A stretch of 64,000 nt of DNA from Spirochaetia bacterium (GCA_963668545.1 OY764868.1:1426065-1490064), one strand, 5' to 3'. Positions 47,114-57,736 are shown, counted from the stretch's first letter. Translations and numbers: made by a program. The notes: generated by a model not told the origin, from the sequence alone.

Positions 47114-47554
47114 TCATGTGCCGGTTGAGCCGAAACCTCCGTCTCCCCGGACAGTTTCAGAAAGATTATCATCAATTGAAAACATACCCCTGACAACCGG
47201 GGCAATAATCATCTGTGCAATTCTGTCGCCGCATGAAACGGGAAAATCCTCATGCCCGAGATTTATCATAATGACTTTAATCTCGCCCCTGTAATCTGAA
47301 TCTATTGTACCGGGAGTATTTAATAGTGTAATCCCGTTTTTGACAGCAAGTCCTGACCGGGGCCTTATCTGTGCTTCATAACCTTCAGGGAGTTCTATCC
47401 TGAGACCTGTTGGAACAAGAAACCTGTCTCCTGGTTTGATGATGATTTTACCTTCGGGAAGATACGCATAAAGATCTGCTCCTGCAGCATGTTCTGAAGA
47501 ATATACAGGAAGATATTTGCTGTTTTCAATACTGCATTTTATTTTAATGTTCAT
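47114..47554 (-). CDS. dut: dUTP diphosphatase
   Basis: 146 aa. Motifs [34 protein letters not shown], and a C-terminal Gly-rich tail. Confidence 0.9.
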   Translation of the reverse strand: MNIKIKCSIENSKYLPVYSSEHAAGADLYAYLPEGKIIIKPGDRFLVPTGLRIELPEGYEAQIRPRSGLAVKNGITLLNTPGTIDSDYRGEIKVIMINLGHEDFPVSCGDRIAQMIIAPVVRGMFSIDDNLSETVRGDGGFGSTGT

Positions 47555-48824
47555 GGTTATTCTCCGTAAGCCCTATCCTTGATTCCGATATTCTGCTGTT
47601 GATACCTTTGCCATATATCAGTGTATTGAAAATATCAGTTTTAAGATTTCTATCAATAAAATCATTTATATTATTTTGATTTACATTATGAAGAATATCA
47701 AGTGATTCCTCATAATCAGGGGTTTTCCCGCATAAAATGAAATGTCTTGCAGCCCGCTTCATTCTGAGCTCCATATCCTCCCTTGCCAGAATAAGCCCCC
47801 CCTCGAGATGTGTTTTTGCATCTGCAAGCTCGGTAGATGTGAATCTTTCCCTGTCAATTATGTGAAGTTCCTGTACCAGTTTATCTATAAGTTTTTCCGC
47901 ATTTTCAGGGACTGTATTTGCATATATGTTCCACATTGAAATATCTGAATAGAAGGACCTGAAGGAATAAACAGAATAACACAAACCTGATTCCTCCCTC
48001 AGTTTCTGATAAAAACGGGAGCTCATGGATTCACCTGCAAGAGTGCTGAAAATAAGAAAATGATAGTAAATTTCCATTTCTGAAGGTGTTTTTAAATCAA
48101 GTCCTGTATAAATCTGGACCTGGCGTGTATCTTCGGGAATTATGTCAAAGCTGTAATTTTTCCTGTGATTATAGACTGTTTTTTCTGAAACAGGGTGATT
48201 TGTTGCTGGAAGATTTCTGTTGCAGTATTCTTTAATTTCATTTTCATCAAAATTTCCTGATACAGAAATTACCAGGTTTTCATGAATATAGTTATCAAGA
48301 TAATACCTGTAAAGGCTGTCCCTGTTTATGTTTTCTATATCTTCTGTATTGCCTGTAATTTTCCAGCCCAGTGAGCAGTCAGGCCACATTTTTTCCATAA
48401 AGATATCATAACTGTCTTCTTCAGGATTGTCCTCATATTCTCCGATTTCACTTATTATTACATTCTTTTCCTTTTCAATCTCCTTTTCATCAAAAAGAGG
48501 ATTGAATATCATGTCAAAAAGGATATCAAGTGCATAGTAAAGGTGAATTGATGGAAATGTACAGTAAAAGCATGTTACATCCTTTTCTGTAAATGCATTT
48601 ATATTGCTGCCTATCCGGTCAAAGGATTTTGCAATATCTGAGGTGGATATTTTCTCTGTACCTTTAAAAAGGATATGCTCAATAAAATGGGCATATCCTT
48701 TCTGTTCGCGTGCTTCATTGATAGAACCGTGTCTGAACCAGAATCCTACTGAAGTTATATCAGTCATGCTGATTTTATCAAGCAGCATGACTGAACCAGG
48801 TTCAAGTTCAATATGTTTTATCAA
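47544..48824 (-). CDS. M16-family zinc peptidase (pitrilysin-like)
   Basis: 426 aa with the inverted zincin motif [11 protein letters not shown] (HxxEH). Confidence 0.85.
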   Translation of the reverse strand: MIKHIELEPGSVMLLDKISMTDITSVGFWFRHGSINEAREQKGYAHFIEHILFKGTEKISTSDIAKSFDRIGSNINAFTEKDVTCFYCTFPSIHLYYALDILFDMIFNPLFDEKEIEKEKNVIISEIGEYEDNPEEDSYDIFMEKMWPDCSLGWKITGNTEDIENINRDSLYRYYLDNYIHENLVISVSGNFDENEIKEYCNRNLPATNHPVSEKTVYNHRKNYSFDIIPEDTRQVQIYTGLDLKTPSEMEIYYHFLIFSTLAGESMSSRFYQKLREESGLCYSVYSFRSFYSDISMWNIYANTVPENAEKLIDKLVQELHIIDRERFTSTELADAKTHLEGGLILAREDMELRMKRAARHFILCGKTPDYEESLDILHNVNQNNINDFIDRNLKTDIFNTLIYGKGINSRISESRIGLTENNHEH

Positions 48825-51145
48825 GTGTTTCTCCGGAAAAAACCGCCTGATTTTTTGTCCTTGCCGGAGTTTCCGCCTTCTTCTGCATCATTTTTGTGAT
48901 TATCTGATGTTTTTTCATAGTCGCGGTTATATCTTTCTCTGTCACGGCTTCTGTCTCTGTCACGGTTATCCCGGCTGTGTCTGTCCCTGTTCCTGTCTCT
49001 GTCACGGTTATCCCGGCTGTCTCTTCCCTGGTTTCTGTCCCTGTTCTCTGAAGAAGAAGGTTTATAGTCAGGGTCAATTGCATCAATGTAGCTCAGGTTT
49101 ACCCGGCCCATTCTGTCAACTTCAATAAGTTTTACAGGGATTTCCTGATTTTCTGAAAGAACATCTGTTACGGAATTGACCCTTTCCCTTGAAAGTTTGG
49201 ATATATGACATAAGCCTTCTTTTCCTGGAAGGAATTCTATGAATGCTCCGAAATCTGTTATCCTTTTTACAACACCGTTATAAATCTTTCCTGGTTCAGG
49301 TTCCTCGATAAGAGCTTTTATCATATCTTTGGCTACCTGGGCTTTTTCCTTGTTTTTACCGTAAATCATGATGTTTCCGTTGTCATCAATATCAACAGAA
49401 GATTCAGATTTTTCAGCAATATTTTTAATATTTTTTCCGCCGGAACCTATTACTGCCCCGATTTTATCAACATCAACTTTCATTTTAAGGATCTGAGGTG
49501 CATATTCAGATACAGTAGCCCGTGCTTCTGAAATAGTTTCATTCATTATACCGAGAATATGGAGCCTGCCTTTTTTTGCCTGCTCAAGGGCCCTGGTCAT
49601 TATTTCAGTAGTTACACCTGAAATCTTTATATCCATCTGAAAGCCGGTAATACCCTCTTCTGTTCCTGCAACTTTGAAATCCATATCACCGAAGTGGTCT
49701 TCTTCACCGAGAATATCACTTAGAATAACTGTTTTTTCACCTTCGGTGATAAGGCCCATTGCAATACCTGCTACAGGTTTTTTTATCGGAACACCGCAGT
49801 CGAGAAGTGAAAGTGTTCCGCTGCAGACAGACGCCATTGAAGAAGAGCCGTTGGATTCAAGAATTTCTGATACAATCCTGATTGTATATGGAAAATCTTC
49901 CTTTGTAGGAACTACAGCTTCGAGAGATCTCATTGCAAGGTGTCCATGTCCAATTTCCCTTCTTCCTGTTCCTGTTCTTCCTGTTTCACCTACACTGAAG
50001 GGGGGAAAGTTGTAATGAAGCATGAAATTACCGAAGTGCTTGTCGCTGTCAATATTGTCAAACATCTGTTCATCACTTGCAGTTCCCAGTGTTGTTACAC
50101 CAAGTGACTGTGTTTCACCTCTTGTAAAAAGAGCAGAACCATGTGCTCTCTGAAGAACACCTGTTTCACATGTTATCTGCCTTATTTCATCAGATTTTCT
50201 TCCGTCAGATCTTTTGTTTTCTTCCAGGATAGCTTTTCTGAGTATATCATATTCAACATCTTCAAATACCTTGAAAAGTTCTCCCTTGTCTTCATCATTG
50301 ATCTTTTCTTCAAAAAACTTTCTGGCATCATTTTTTATTTTTGATTTTGCATTGTTTCTTTCTATCTTGCTGGAAAGGAAACATGCTTCCCTGTATGGTT
50401 CATATATATGATTCCAGACTTCATCACGGAGAGCAAAAGTTTTTTCCTCTTTTGTGATAGGAAGTTTTTCCTTTCCTGCAAGAGAAACAAGCTCTTTCTG
50501 TGCCCTGCAAATATCCTGAATAACTGTTCTGGCTTTCTCGATTGCCTGAAGCATTATTTCCTCTGATATTTCCTTAGCACCCCCCTCAACCATTGTAATA
50601 CCATCTTCAGTTCCGGCTACAACAATTTCCAGCTGACTTTCCCTGATCTGGTCAAATGTAGGGTTTACTATGAATTCATCATTTATACAGCATATTCTTA
50701 CAGAACCAACAGGCCCTTCAAACGGAATATCTGAAACAGCAACAGCTGCTGCAGATGCAATCATTGCTACTGTATCCGGAGGATTTATCTGGTCAGCTGA
50801 TATTACTGTAGGTATTACCTGAATATCTCTGCTGAATTCCTTGTGAAACAAGGGTCTCATAGGTCTGTCGATAAGACGTGAAACAAGTATTTCCTTGTCT
50901 TTTGGTTTACCTTCCCTTTTAAGAAATCCTCCGGGTATTTTACCTGCTGCATAGTATTTTTCATTGTATTCAACCTGCAGAGGCACATAATCAAGTCCTT
51001 CAATTTCATTTTCTGAGCAGCATACTGTTGCCAGAACGGAAGAACCTTCAAAAGTAGCTAATACAGCACCATTTGCCTGCTTTGCCATTTTTCCAGTTTC
51101 AAGTATTAGTTCTTTTTCACCTATTGGTATTGTAATTTTAGGCAT
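48821..51145 (-). CDS. pnp: polynucleotide phosphorylase with Arg/Asp-rich C-terminal tail
   Basis: 774 aa. Two RNase PH domains, KH, and S1 ([20 protein letters not shown]). About 75 aa of RD/RS low-complexity tail follow ([32 protein letters not shown]). Confidence 0.95.
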   Translation of the reverse strand: MPKITIPIGEKELILETGKMAKQANGAVLATFEGSSVLATVCCSENEIEGLDYVPLQVEYNEKYYAAGKIPGGFLKREGKPKDKEILVSRLIDRPMRPLFHKEFSRDIQVIPTVISADQINPPDTVAMIASAAAVAVSDIPFEGPVGSVRICCINDEFIVNPTFDQIRESQLEIVVAGTEDGITMVEGGAKEISEEIMLQAIEKARTVIQDICRAQKELVSLAGKEKLPITKEEKTFALRDEVWNHIYEPYREACFLSSKIERNNAKSKIKNDARKFFEEKINDEDKGELFKVFEDVEYDILRKAILEENKRSDGRKSDEIRQITCETGVLQRAHGSALFTRGETQSLGVTTLGTASDEQMFDNIDSDKHFGNFMLHYNFPPFSVGETGRTGTGRREIGHGHLAMRSLEAVVPTKEDFPYTIRIVSEILESNGSSSMASVCSGTLSLLDCGVPIKKPVAGIAMGLITEGEKTVILSDILGEEDHFGDMDFKVAGTEEGITGFQMDIKISGVTTEIMTRALEQAKKGRLHILGIMNETISEARATVSEYAPQILKMKVDVDKIGAVIGSGGKNIKNIAEKSESSVDIDDNGNIMIYGKNKEKAQVAKDMIKALIEEPEPGKIYNGVVKRITDFGAFIEFLPGKEGLCHISKLSRERVNSVTDVLSENQEIPVKLIEVDRMGRVNLSYIDAIDPDYKPSSSENRDRNQGRDSRDNRDRDRNRDRHSRDNRDRDRSRDRERYNRDYEKTSDNHKNDAEEGGNSGKDKKSGGFFRRNT
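48940..49030. repeat. ~42-bp imperfect tandem repeat inside the pnp 3' end (encodes RD-rich tail)
   Basis: CTGTCTCTGTCACGGTTATCCCGGCTGT occurs twice (about 48950 and 48992). Confidence 0.7.
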
Positions 51146-51169
51146 TTAATTGTTCCTTATATTGTTCTT

Positions 51170-51439
51170 TTATTTCCTGAGTCCCAGTTCTTTAATAAGT
51201 GTTCTGTATGATTCAAGATTTTTTCTCTTGAGGTATTTTAAGAGTTTTCTTCTCTGTCCTACAAGTTTAAGAAGACCTCTTCTTGAATTATGGTCTTTCT
51301 TGTGAATTTTAAAGTGTTCAGTAAGTTCAATAATTCTTTTTGTAAGAAGTGCAATCTGTACTTCTGTTGAACCTGAGTCTTTGTCATTAGATCCGAATTT
51401 GGAAATAATTTCCTGTTTAGCATCTTTTGATAGTGCCAT
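51170..51439 (-). CDS. rpsO: 30S ribosomal protein S15
   Basis: 89 aa; [29 protein letters not shown]. Confidence 0.95.
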   Translation of the reverse strand: MALSKDAKQEIISKFGSNDKDSGSTEVQIALLTKRIIELTEHFKIHKKDHNSRRGLLKLVGQRRKLLKYLKRKNLESYRTLIKELGLRK

Positions 51440-51477
51440 TTAAATCTCCTCTTAAGAAAACAGTAAAACAGTAAAAA

Positions 51478-52221
51478 CTATCTGTTAAACCATTTAATAA
51501 TTCTTTTATCTTTAAAAACTTCCCTACGGCAAGTTTTATTATCATAATAAAGATCTGCAAAAAAACTGTTCCTTTCTGGCAGCAGCTGGTTGATATTATC
51601 CAGTTTCACATATAAATAATCATTTTCAGAGTGTATTTCAGTTTCTGACAGATCAACAGAATAACCGAATGGAAGAAGTTCCTTTACAAGAACAGTATTT
51701 CCCGAAATAATCATTTTTCTTATATCACTGCTGCTTACAGGAATATTCTTATAATTCTGCCTGTTGACAATAACTACTTCAATATCCCTTTTTTTAAGCA
51801 TATTAAATATATCAAAAGAGTTGGTACTGTGATCAACTCCGCATTTGAAATCCTTACCAAGAACAATTTTTTTCAGGTTTAAATGATCAAGTATTGTTCC
51901 TATAAAATATTCCCCTTTAAGTTTACTAAAATCACTGGAAAAGTCAATCAGTACAGTTGTTGTTACCCCAGCTTTGTCAAGAGCGGCTAATTTCTGTCTT
52001 AAGGTATATATATTGCCCTCAAAAGCTCTGTTCCTGATATAAATAAGAGGATTCCGGATAAAGGTGAATACAACTTTCTCCTCCACATAGGTATCATTCA
52101 GCTTGTTTATCAGGTAGCTGTGCCCTCTGTGCACTCCATCAAAAACTCCTACAGTTGCTGATGCAGGTTCCTTGAGCATATATGTATCTGATGTAAAATC
52201 TTCCCATGAAATAATTTTCAT
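51478..52221 (-). CDS. ribF: FMN adenylyltransferase (FAD synthetase) domain protein, RibF-like but apparently without a full riboflavin kinase domain
   Basis: 247 aa. The N-terminal nucleotidyltransferase motif GVFDGVHRGHSYLI and the SSSDIRKMI motif are present. Only about 60 aa follow, and they lack riboflavin-kinase signatures. Confidence 0.65.
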   Translation of the reverse strand: MKIISWEDFTSDTYMLKEPASATVGVFDGVHRGHSYLINKLNDTYVEEKVVFTFIRNPLIYIRNRAFEGNIYTLRQKLAALDKAGVTTTVLIDFSSDFSKLKGEYFIGTILDHLNLKKIVLGKDFKCGVDHSTNSFDIFNMLKKRDIEVVIVNRQNYKNIPVSSSDIRKMIISGNTVLVKELLPFGYSVDLSETEIHSENDYLYVKLDNINQLLPERNSFFADLYYDNKTCRREVFKDKRIIKWFNR

Positions 52222-52223
52222 AT

Positions 52224-53108
52224 TTATACGCTTCTTTCCGGTATGACAAACCTGTAACGGAATTCATTCACTGTTTTTTCGATAAATGCTGTAAAATTAT
52301 TTTCAGAGTCAAAAACTGCAGAAGGACCATCAGGTACTGCTGAAGTAAAGCTTTCTGAATCTGGTTGAATTCCGTTGAGCATTTTATCTCTGAAACTGTC
52401 TTTTACTGTGACAGTACTGATTCCCATCTGTTTTATCCCGTTATAAGGACTTATAAGCATATCACTTCTGAAATCATCAGGTGAAACTGCATATTTAATG
52501 CTGAAACTGCCTATATCTGTTCTGACAAGCGATTTAAGAAAAGCAGCTGATCCGCATTCTCTTGCAAGGTCTCTTGCTATTGAACGTATATAGGTCCCGG
52601 ATGAGCATGAAACAGTAAAATTAAGAATATTATCATTATAGCTGTTTAGATCAAGTGAGTATATAAAAGAATTCCTCGGTTTAAGATCTGCTTTTATACC
52701 TTCACGTGCAAGCTGATACGCCCTTTTCCCGTTTACATGGACAGCAGAATAGACGGGCGGAATCTGTTTTATCTCTCCCCTGAACAATGATGCTTTTGAT
52801 GAAATAGTTGAAAAATCAGGCAGAAAAGCAGAAACTGCTGAAGTTTCGCCGGTAATATCCTCAGTATCTTTTTCCTCGCCGAATACAGCTTCTGCTGTAT
52901 AGGTTTTACGGAAATTCATGAAAAAATCAAAAAAACGGGTCATATCTCCTATTAAAATAACCAGAAGTCCCTCTGCAAATGGATCAAGTGTACCGGTATG
53001 TCCTGCTTTTTTTGTATTTAATTTTTTTTTTAGAATACTTACAGCCTTGAAGGAAGACATTCCGGCAGGCTTGTTTAACAATGCAAAACCTGATAACGGA
53101 AATTTCAA
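52224..53108 (-). CDS. truB: tRNA pseudouridine(55) synthase
   Basis: 294 aa, with the catalytic motif AGHTGTLDPFAEGLLVILIG. Confidence 0.9.
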   Translation of the reverse strand: MKFPLSGFALLNKPAGMSSFKAVSILKKKLNTKKAGHTGTLDPFAEGLLVILIGDMTRFFDFFMNFRKTYTAEAVFGEEKDTEDITGETSAVSAFLPDFSTISSKASLFRGEIKQIPPVYSAVHVNGKRAYQLAREGIKADLKPRNSFIYSLDLNSYNDNILNFTVSCSSGTYIRSIARDLARECGSAAFLKSLVRTDIGSFSIKYAVSPDDFRSDMLISPYNGIKQMGISTVTVKDSFRDKMLNGIQPDSESFTSAVPDGPSAVFDSENNFTAFIEKTVNEFRYRFVIPERSV

Positions 53109-53452
53109 CTGAGATTATCCTCAATAATCCTGTTAATCTCAAAACCCTCTTTCAGGGAATCATCCTTGAAGAATTTAATACGGGGAGTAAGCCTGGTTTT
53201 TAATTTTTTGCCTATCACACCCTGGATAAATCCTACACCGTGATTAAGGGCTGATACACTTCTTTCAACTTCTTTATCAGAACAGTAGCCTGAAATATAA
53301 ATTTTTGCATATCCAAGGTCTGATGAAACATTTACCCTTGTAATTGATATAAGTTTGTTGACACGGGGATCTTTTATTTTCCCCGTAACAACCATTTTAC
53401 TTATTTCTTCCTGAATTAATTTTTCAGCCCGCTGTATACGGAATTCAGACAT
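53105..53452 (-). CDS. rbfA: ribosome-binding factor A
   Basis: 115 aa, RbfA KH-like fold. In the conserved infB-rbfA-truB context. Confidence 0.9.
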   Translation of the reverse strand: MSEFRIQRAEKLIQEEISKMVVTGKIKDPRVNKLISITRVNVSSDLGYAKIYISGYCSDKEVERSVSALNHGVGFIQGVIGKKLKTRLTPRIKFFKDDSLKEGFEINRIIEDNLS

Positions 53453-53454
53453 TT

Positions 53455-56064
53455 CTAACCATCCAGTTTCTTTGAAATTTCTTTTATTTCAATAATTTCA
53501 ATAATATCACCAACCTGTATATCTGTGAAGTTTTCAAGACCGATACCACATTCATAACCTGTAGCTACTTCCTTGGCATCATCCTTGAAACGCTTGAGCG
53601 ATGATATTTTTCCGCTGAAAATGTCAATACCGTCTCTGTAAAGATGGGCAACTCCCCCTCTCAGTACCTTACCGCTTGTGACATAGCAGCCTGCTATTGT
53701 GCCTATTTTGGGAACCTTGAATGTTTCACGAACCTCGACAGTACCGACAGTTTCCTCTTTAAGTTCAGGAGCAAGCATACCTTCAAGGGCAGTCTTTATA
53801 TCTTCAACAGCATCATAAATTATATTGTATTTCTTAATTTCAACCTTTTCCTGATCTGCAAGAAGCTGTGCCTTGGGAGTCGGCCTTACATGGAACCCGA
53901 CAATGATCGCATTTGAAGCAGAAGCAAGGTTGACATCATTTTCAATGATAGCTCCGGCTGACGAATGTATTACATTAAGCCTTATTTCCTTTGTACTGAG
54001 CTTTTCAAGAGCAATCTTGAGCGCTTCAACAGACCCCTGTACATCTCCCTTGATTATAGCCTTGAGTTCCTGGATCTCACCATCCTGAATTGAATCATAG
54101 AGATTATCCAGAGTTACTTTCTTGACATTCTTGGCAGCACCTATTTTTTCAAGTTCCTGACGTTTTTCTCCAATCTGCCTTGCATATTTTTCATTTTCAG
54201 TTACCTGGAACGGATCACCTGCATTAGGCATACCTGTAAATCCTGAAATTTCAACAGGAGTTGCAGGAGGAGCTGAATCAACTTTTTTCCCCTTGTCATT
54301 GAACATTGCCCTGACTTTGCCCGGATAAACACCTGCAATGAAAGCATCACCTACCTTAAGTGTACCCCTCTCAATAAGAACGGTTGATACAATTCCCCTT
54401 CCATGGTCCATCTTTGATTCAATAATCTTGCCTTCTGCCCTGCAGTTGGGGTTTGCCTTGAGTTCAAGCACTTCTGACTGAAGAAGAATGTTTTCCAGAA
54501 GATCATCTATACCTGTTTTCTTGAGAGCGGAAATATTTGTGAAAATTGTATTTCCTCCCCAGTCTTCAGGTATGAGGTTGTATTCTGAAAGCTGCTGCTT
54601 TACCCTGTCAGGATTGGCATCGTGAAGATCTGTTTTATTTACAGCAACAATGATTGGCACACCTGCTTCCTTTGCATGGTTTATTGCTTCAACAGTCTGA
54701 GGCATAACACCGTCATTTGCTGCAACAACAAGTACTACAATATCTGTTATCTGTGCACCTCTTGCCCTCATGAGAGTAAATGCCTCATGACCGGGAGTAT
54801 CAAGAAAAACAACACTCTTTCCTTCGGCAACATTGACTTTATATGCCCCTATGTGCTGAGTAATACCGCCGTGTTCAGAACCTGCAATATCTGTTGATTT
54901 TATTGCATCAAGAAGTTTTGTTTTACCGTGGTCAACATGCCCCATTACAGTTACTATAGGGGGTCTCTCCATTATATCGTCATCATTGCCTTTATCGCAT
55001 TCTACAATTGTCTCTTCATAAAGGGATACAATATTTACCTTGCAGTCAAACTCAGATGCAACAATCTCTGCAGTTTCAGCATCAATCTGCTGGTTGATTG
55101 TGACCATCATGCCGAGTCCCATCAGTTTTGCAATAAGCTCTGATGCTTTAAGGTTCATCTTTTTAGCAAGTTCAGAAACAGTAACAACTTCCATAATATC
55201 AATTTCTTTCGGAACAGGATTAGCCATCTGTACTGATTTCTTCTTGATCTGGAAATCTTTTTCAATGATATTTTCTTTTTTTGTTTTCTGGTATGATGTT
55301 TTTTTCTTTGCCTTGAAAAACTTCTTGGTGGAAGATTTTGATGCAGTTTCAGGTTTTATGGGGGCACCACCTGCCGGCTGACCCTGTCTTGGAGGTCTCT
55401 GGCCGTCACGGGGCTGGAACCCGCCCTGTCTTGGAGGTCTCTGGCCGTCACGGGGCTGATAACCGCCCTGTCTCTGACCGTCACGGGGCTGATAACCGCC
55501 CTGTCTCTGACCGTCACGGGGCTGATAACCGCCCTGTCTCTGGCCGTCACGGGGCTGATAACCGCCCTGTCTCTGACCGTCACGGGGCTGATAACCGCCC
55601 TGTCTCTGACCGTCACGGGGCTGATAACCGCCCTGTCTCTGACCGTCACGGGGCTGATAACCGCCCTGTCTCGGAGGTCTCTGACCGTCTCTCTGCTGAT
55701 AACCGCCCTGTCTCTGGCCGTCACGGGGCTGATAACTGCTTCTGTCTGAATCGAATGATCTCACTCTATCACTTGGAGAAGGCCTTTTATCAGAAGGAGA
55801 TCCTGTTAAAGTATTGAGTTTCTCCGCAGTTGTTCTTTTAGCTGGAGCAGAATCATCTTTTCTGGCTTTACCTGCCGGTTTATGCTTTACAGTCTCATCA
55901 GTTGTATCTTTTTTCCCTGATTTTTTTACTACAACTACTTTTTTCTTGACAACAACAACCTTCTTTTTTTCTTCTTCGTCAGGTCCTTTATGGTTTGTCT
56001 GAGGTTTTTTGTGTTTAATCAATGTTGTTTTTGGTTTTTCTTTTTTATCCTGTTCTTCTGCCAT
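53455..56064 (-). CDS. infB: translation initiation factor IF-2 with repetitive N-terminal domain
   Basis: 869 aa with G-domain (GHVDHGKT, DTPGH, NKTD) and C-terminal domains. The N-terminus carries about 11 tandem copies of G-G-Y-Q-P-R-D-G-Q-R-Q. Confidence 0.95.
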   Translation of the reverse strand: MAEEQDKKEKPKTTLIKHKKPQTNHKGPDEEEKKKVVVVKKKVVVVKKSGKKDTTDETVKHKPAGKARKDDSAPAKRTTAEKLNTLTGSPSDKRPSPSDRVRSFDSDRSSYQPRDGQRQGGYQQRDGQRPPRQGGYQPRDGQRQGGYQPRDGQRQGGYQPRDGQRQGGYQPRDGQRQGGYQPRDGQRQGGYQPRDGQRQGGYQPRDGQRPPRQGGFQPRDGQRPPRQGQPAGGAPIKPETASKSSTKKFFKAKKKTSYQKTKKENIIEKDFQIKKKSVQMANPVPKEIDIMEVVTVSELAKKMNLKASELIAKLMGLGMMVTINQQIDAETAEIVASEFDCKVNIVSLYEETIVECDKGNDDDIMERPPIVTVMGHVDHGKTKLLDAIKSTDIAGSEHGGITQHIGAYKVNVAEGKSVVFLDTPGHEAFTLMRARGAQITDIVVLVVAANDGVMPQTVEAINHAKEAGVPIIVAVNKTDLHDANPDRVKQQLSEYNLIPEDWGGNTIFTNISALKKTGIDDLLENILLQSEVLELKANPNCRAEGKIIESKMDHGRGIVSTVLIERGTLKVGDAFIAGVYPGKVRAMFNDKGKKVDSAPPATPVEISGFTGMPNAGDPFQVTENEKYARQIGEKRQELEKIGAAKNVKKVTLDNLYDSIQDGEIQELKAIIKGDVQGSVEALKIALEKLSTKEIRLNVIHSSAGAIIENDVNLASASNAIIVGFHVRPTPKAQLLADQEKVEIKKYNIIYDAVEDIKTALEGMLAPELKEETVGTVEVRETFKVPKIGTIAGCYVTSGKVLRGGVAHLYRDGIDIFSGKISSLKRFKDDAKEVATGYECGIGLENFTDIQVGDIIEIIEIKEISKKLDG
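55381..55745. repeat. 33-bp tandem coding repeat (~11 copies) inside the infB 5' region
   Basis: Plus-strand unit ACCGCCCTGTCTCTGACCGTCACGGGGCTGATA repeats with minor variants. Encodes the GGYQPRDGQRQ repeats of IF-2. Confidence 0.9.
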
Positions 56065-56173
56065 TTAAAATTTCCTCTCCTGCTGAAACGGATTTATTCT
56101 ATCCGTATCCTGTAGACTCTGCGACTGCGGATTAAATAATTCACAAAGTCTTATTCCGTAAGATTTTACGGAA

Positions 56174-57733
56174 TTATTCTTCTATATCATCATCTTCATC
56201 ATCTTCATCATCATCTTCTTCAAAGCTGAGCCCAACACCGCAGTTTGGACAAGAAGTCATATTTACTGTTATTTTGTTTCCGCATTCCGGACATTCATAT
56301 TCTTCAGAATCTGAATATTCTTCAGTTTCCTCTTCAGAAAAATCTTCAACTTCAGAATCCTCAACTTCAGAATCTTCAATTACCAGATCTTCAGATTCTG
56401 TTTTCTGCTCATCTGAAATGCTGTCTTCAATTATTTCAACATTTTCTTCAAGTATTGATTTTATTGAATCAATATCACTGTCAGATAATCCTTCAAGTGA
56501 AGTAAGCTGTTCAACCGGCAGAGATAAAAATGTTTCAATCAATTCTATACCATGCTGTCGCATAAGTTCAACAAGCCTTTCAGGAATTCCAGGCAATTCT
56601 TCAATACGGGTAATTTCTTCATTTTTATCTGCAGATTCATCTTCTTCTGTGAAAAGATCTGAAAGTGCTTTTTTCTTATCAATGGAGATATCCATTTCTT
56701 CGAACTGCTCAAGTGTTTTTACATCAATATTCCAGTCAACAAGCCTGTTTGCAAGACGTACATTAAGGCCCTGCTTTCCGATTGCCAGGGACAGCTGATT
56801 GTCAGCAACTACTGCAAGTGCATGTCTTTTGGCTTCATCAAGTACAAATACTGATTCAACATCTGCAGGTGACAGTGCATTTTTTATAAAGACAGTAGGA
56901 TCTGTATCATATTTAAGAATATCGATTTTTTCCCCTTCCATCTCTTTTACAACTGCCTGTATTCTCACCCCTTTCAGCCCTACGCAGGCGCCTACAGGAT
57001 CAACATCTTCCCTGTTTGAATAGACTGCAATTTTTGTTCTGTATCCCGGTTCCCTGACAATCTTGAAAAGTTCAACTGTCTTGTCATAGATTTCAGGAAC
57101 TTCAAGTTCAAAAAGTTTTTTTACAAAATCTGTATGTGTTCTCGAGAGAATAATATTAAGACCGGAATCGGATTTTTCCACCTCATATATTATAGCCTTG
57201 ATTCTGTCGTTTGGACGGTATATCTCTCTCGGCGACTGGAACCTTTTGGGAAGTATTCCTTCTATCTTGCCGAGATCTACATATATGTTGCCGTTTTTTT
57301 CTCTCTGGTAATAACCGATTATCATTTCTCCGGTTTTTTCGATGAATTCGGAGTACAGAGTGTCTTTCTGTATTTCTCTCAGTTTCTGTCTTGCTTTCTG
57401 TTTAGCGCTCTGTACAGCTATTCTTTCAAAATCCTTGGGATTTATTTCAATAAGAAGTTCGTCACCAATTTCACATTCAGAGTTATAGGCAAGAGCATCT
57501 TCCAGAGACATTTCTGTCACATCATCAAATACTTCTTCTACAATTTTCTTTTTTGAAAATACAGTAACCTCTGATTCATCATCATTAAAACGTATAACCG
57601 CATTTTCAACTGTGCCGTATCTTCTTTTGTAAGCGGCCAGCAGAAAATCCTCAATTGTTTTTAATACGAGCTCTCTAGGAATTCCTTTATCCTGTTCAAA
57701 TAATCTGATTGCATCAGAAAGGTCTGAAGCCAT
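56174..57733 (-). CDS. nusA: transcription termination/antitermination factor NusA with C-terminal zinc ribbon and acidic tail
   Basis: 519 aa with NTD, S1, KH1 and KH2. The C-terminal CPECGNKITVNMTSCPNCG zinc ribbon is flanked by runs of E and D. Confidence 0.95.
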   Translation of the reverse strand: MASDLSDAIRLFEQDKGIPRELVLKTIEDFLLAAYKRRYGTVENAVIRFNDDESEVTVFSKKKIVEEVFDDVTEMSLEDALAYNSECEIGDELLIEINPKDFERIAVQSAKQKARQKLREIQKDTLYSEFIEKTGEMIIGYYQREKNGNIYVDLGKIEGILPKRFQSPREIYRPNDRIKAIIYEVEKSDSGLNIILSRTHTDFVKKLFELEVPEIYDKTVELFKIVREPGYRTKIAVYSNREDVDPVGACVGLKGVRIQAVVKEMEGEKIDILKYDTDPTVFIKNALSPADVESVFVLDEAKRHALAVVADNQLSLAIGKQGLNVRLANRLVDWNIDVKTLEQFEEMDISIDKKKALSDLFTEEDESADKNEEITRIEELPGIPERLVELMRQHGIELIETFLSLPVEQLTSLEGLSDSDIDSIKSILEENVEIIEDSISDEQKTESEDLVIEDSEVEDSEVEDFSEEETEEYSDSEEYECPECGNKITVNMTSCPNCGVGLSFEEDDDEDDEDDDIEE

Positions 57734-57736
57734 TAT

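Noticed and set aside
48604-49128. ORFs 48604-49128 (+) and 48808-49086 (-) overlapping the pnp 3' end
   Set aside because: Both lie within the pnp tail-repeat region and the M16 peptidase start. They are Cys/Gly-rich or Thr/Glu-rich frame artefacts of the repeat, with no independent start context.
55338-55817. ORF-track proteins on both strands inside the infB repeat region (55338-55817 + and 55356-55724 -)
   Set aside because: They are alternative-frame readings of the 33-bp tandem repeat and fully overlap the well-supported infB frame.
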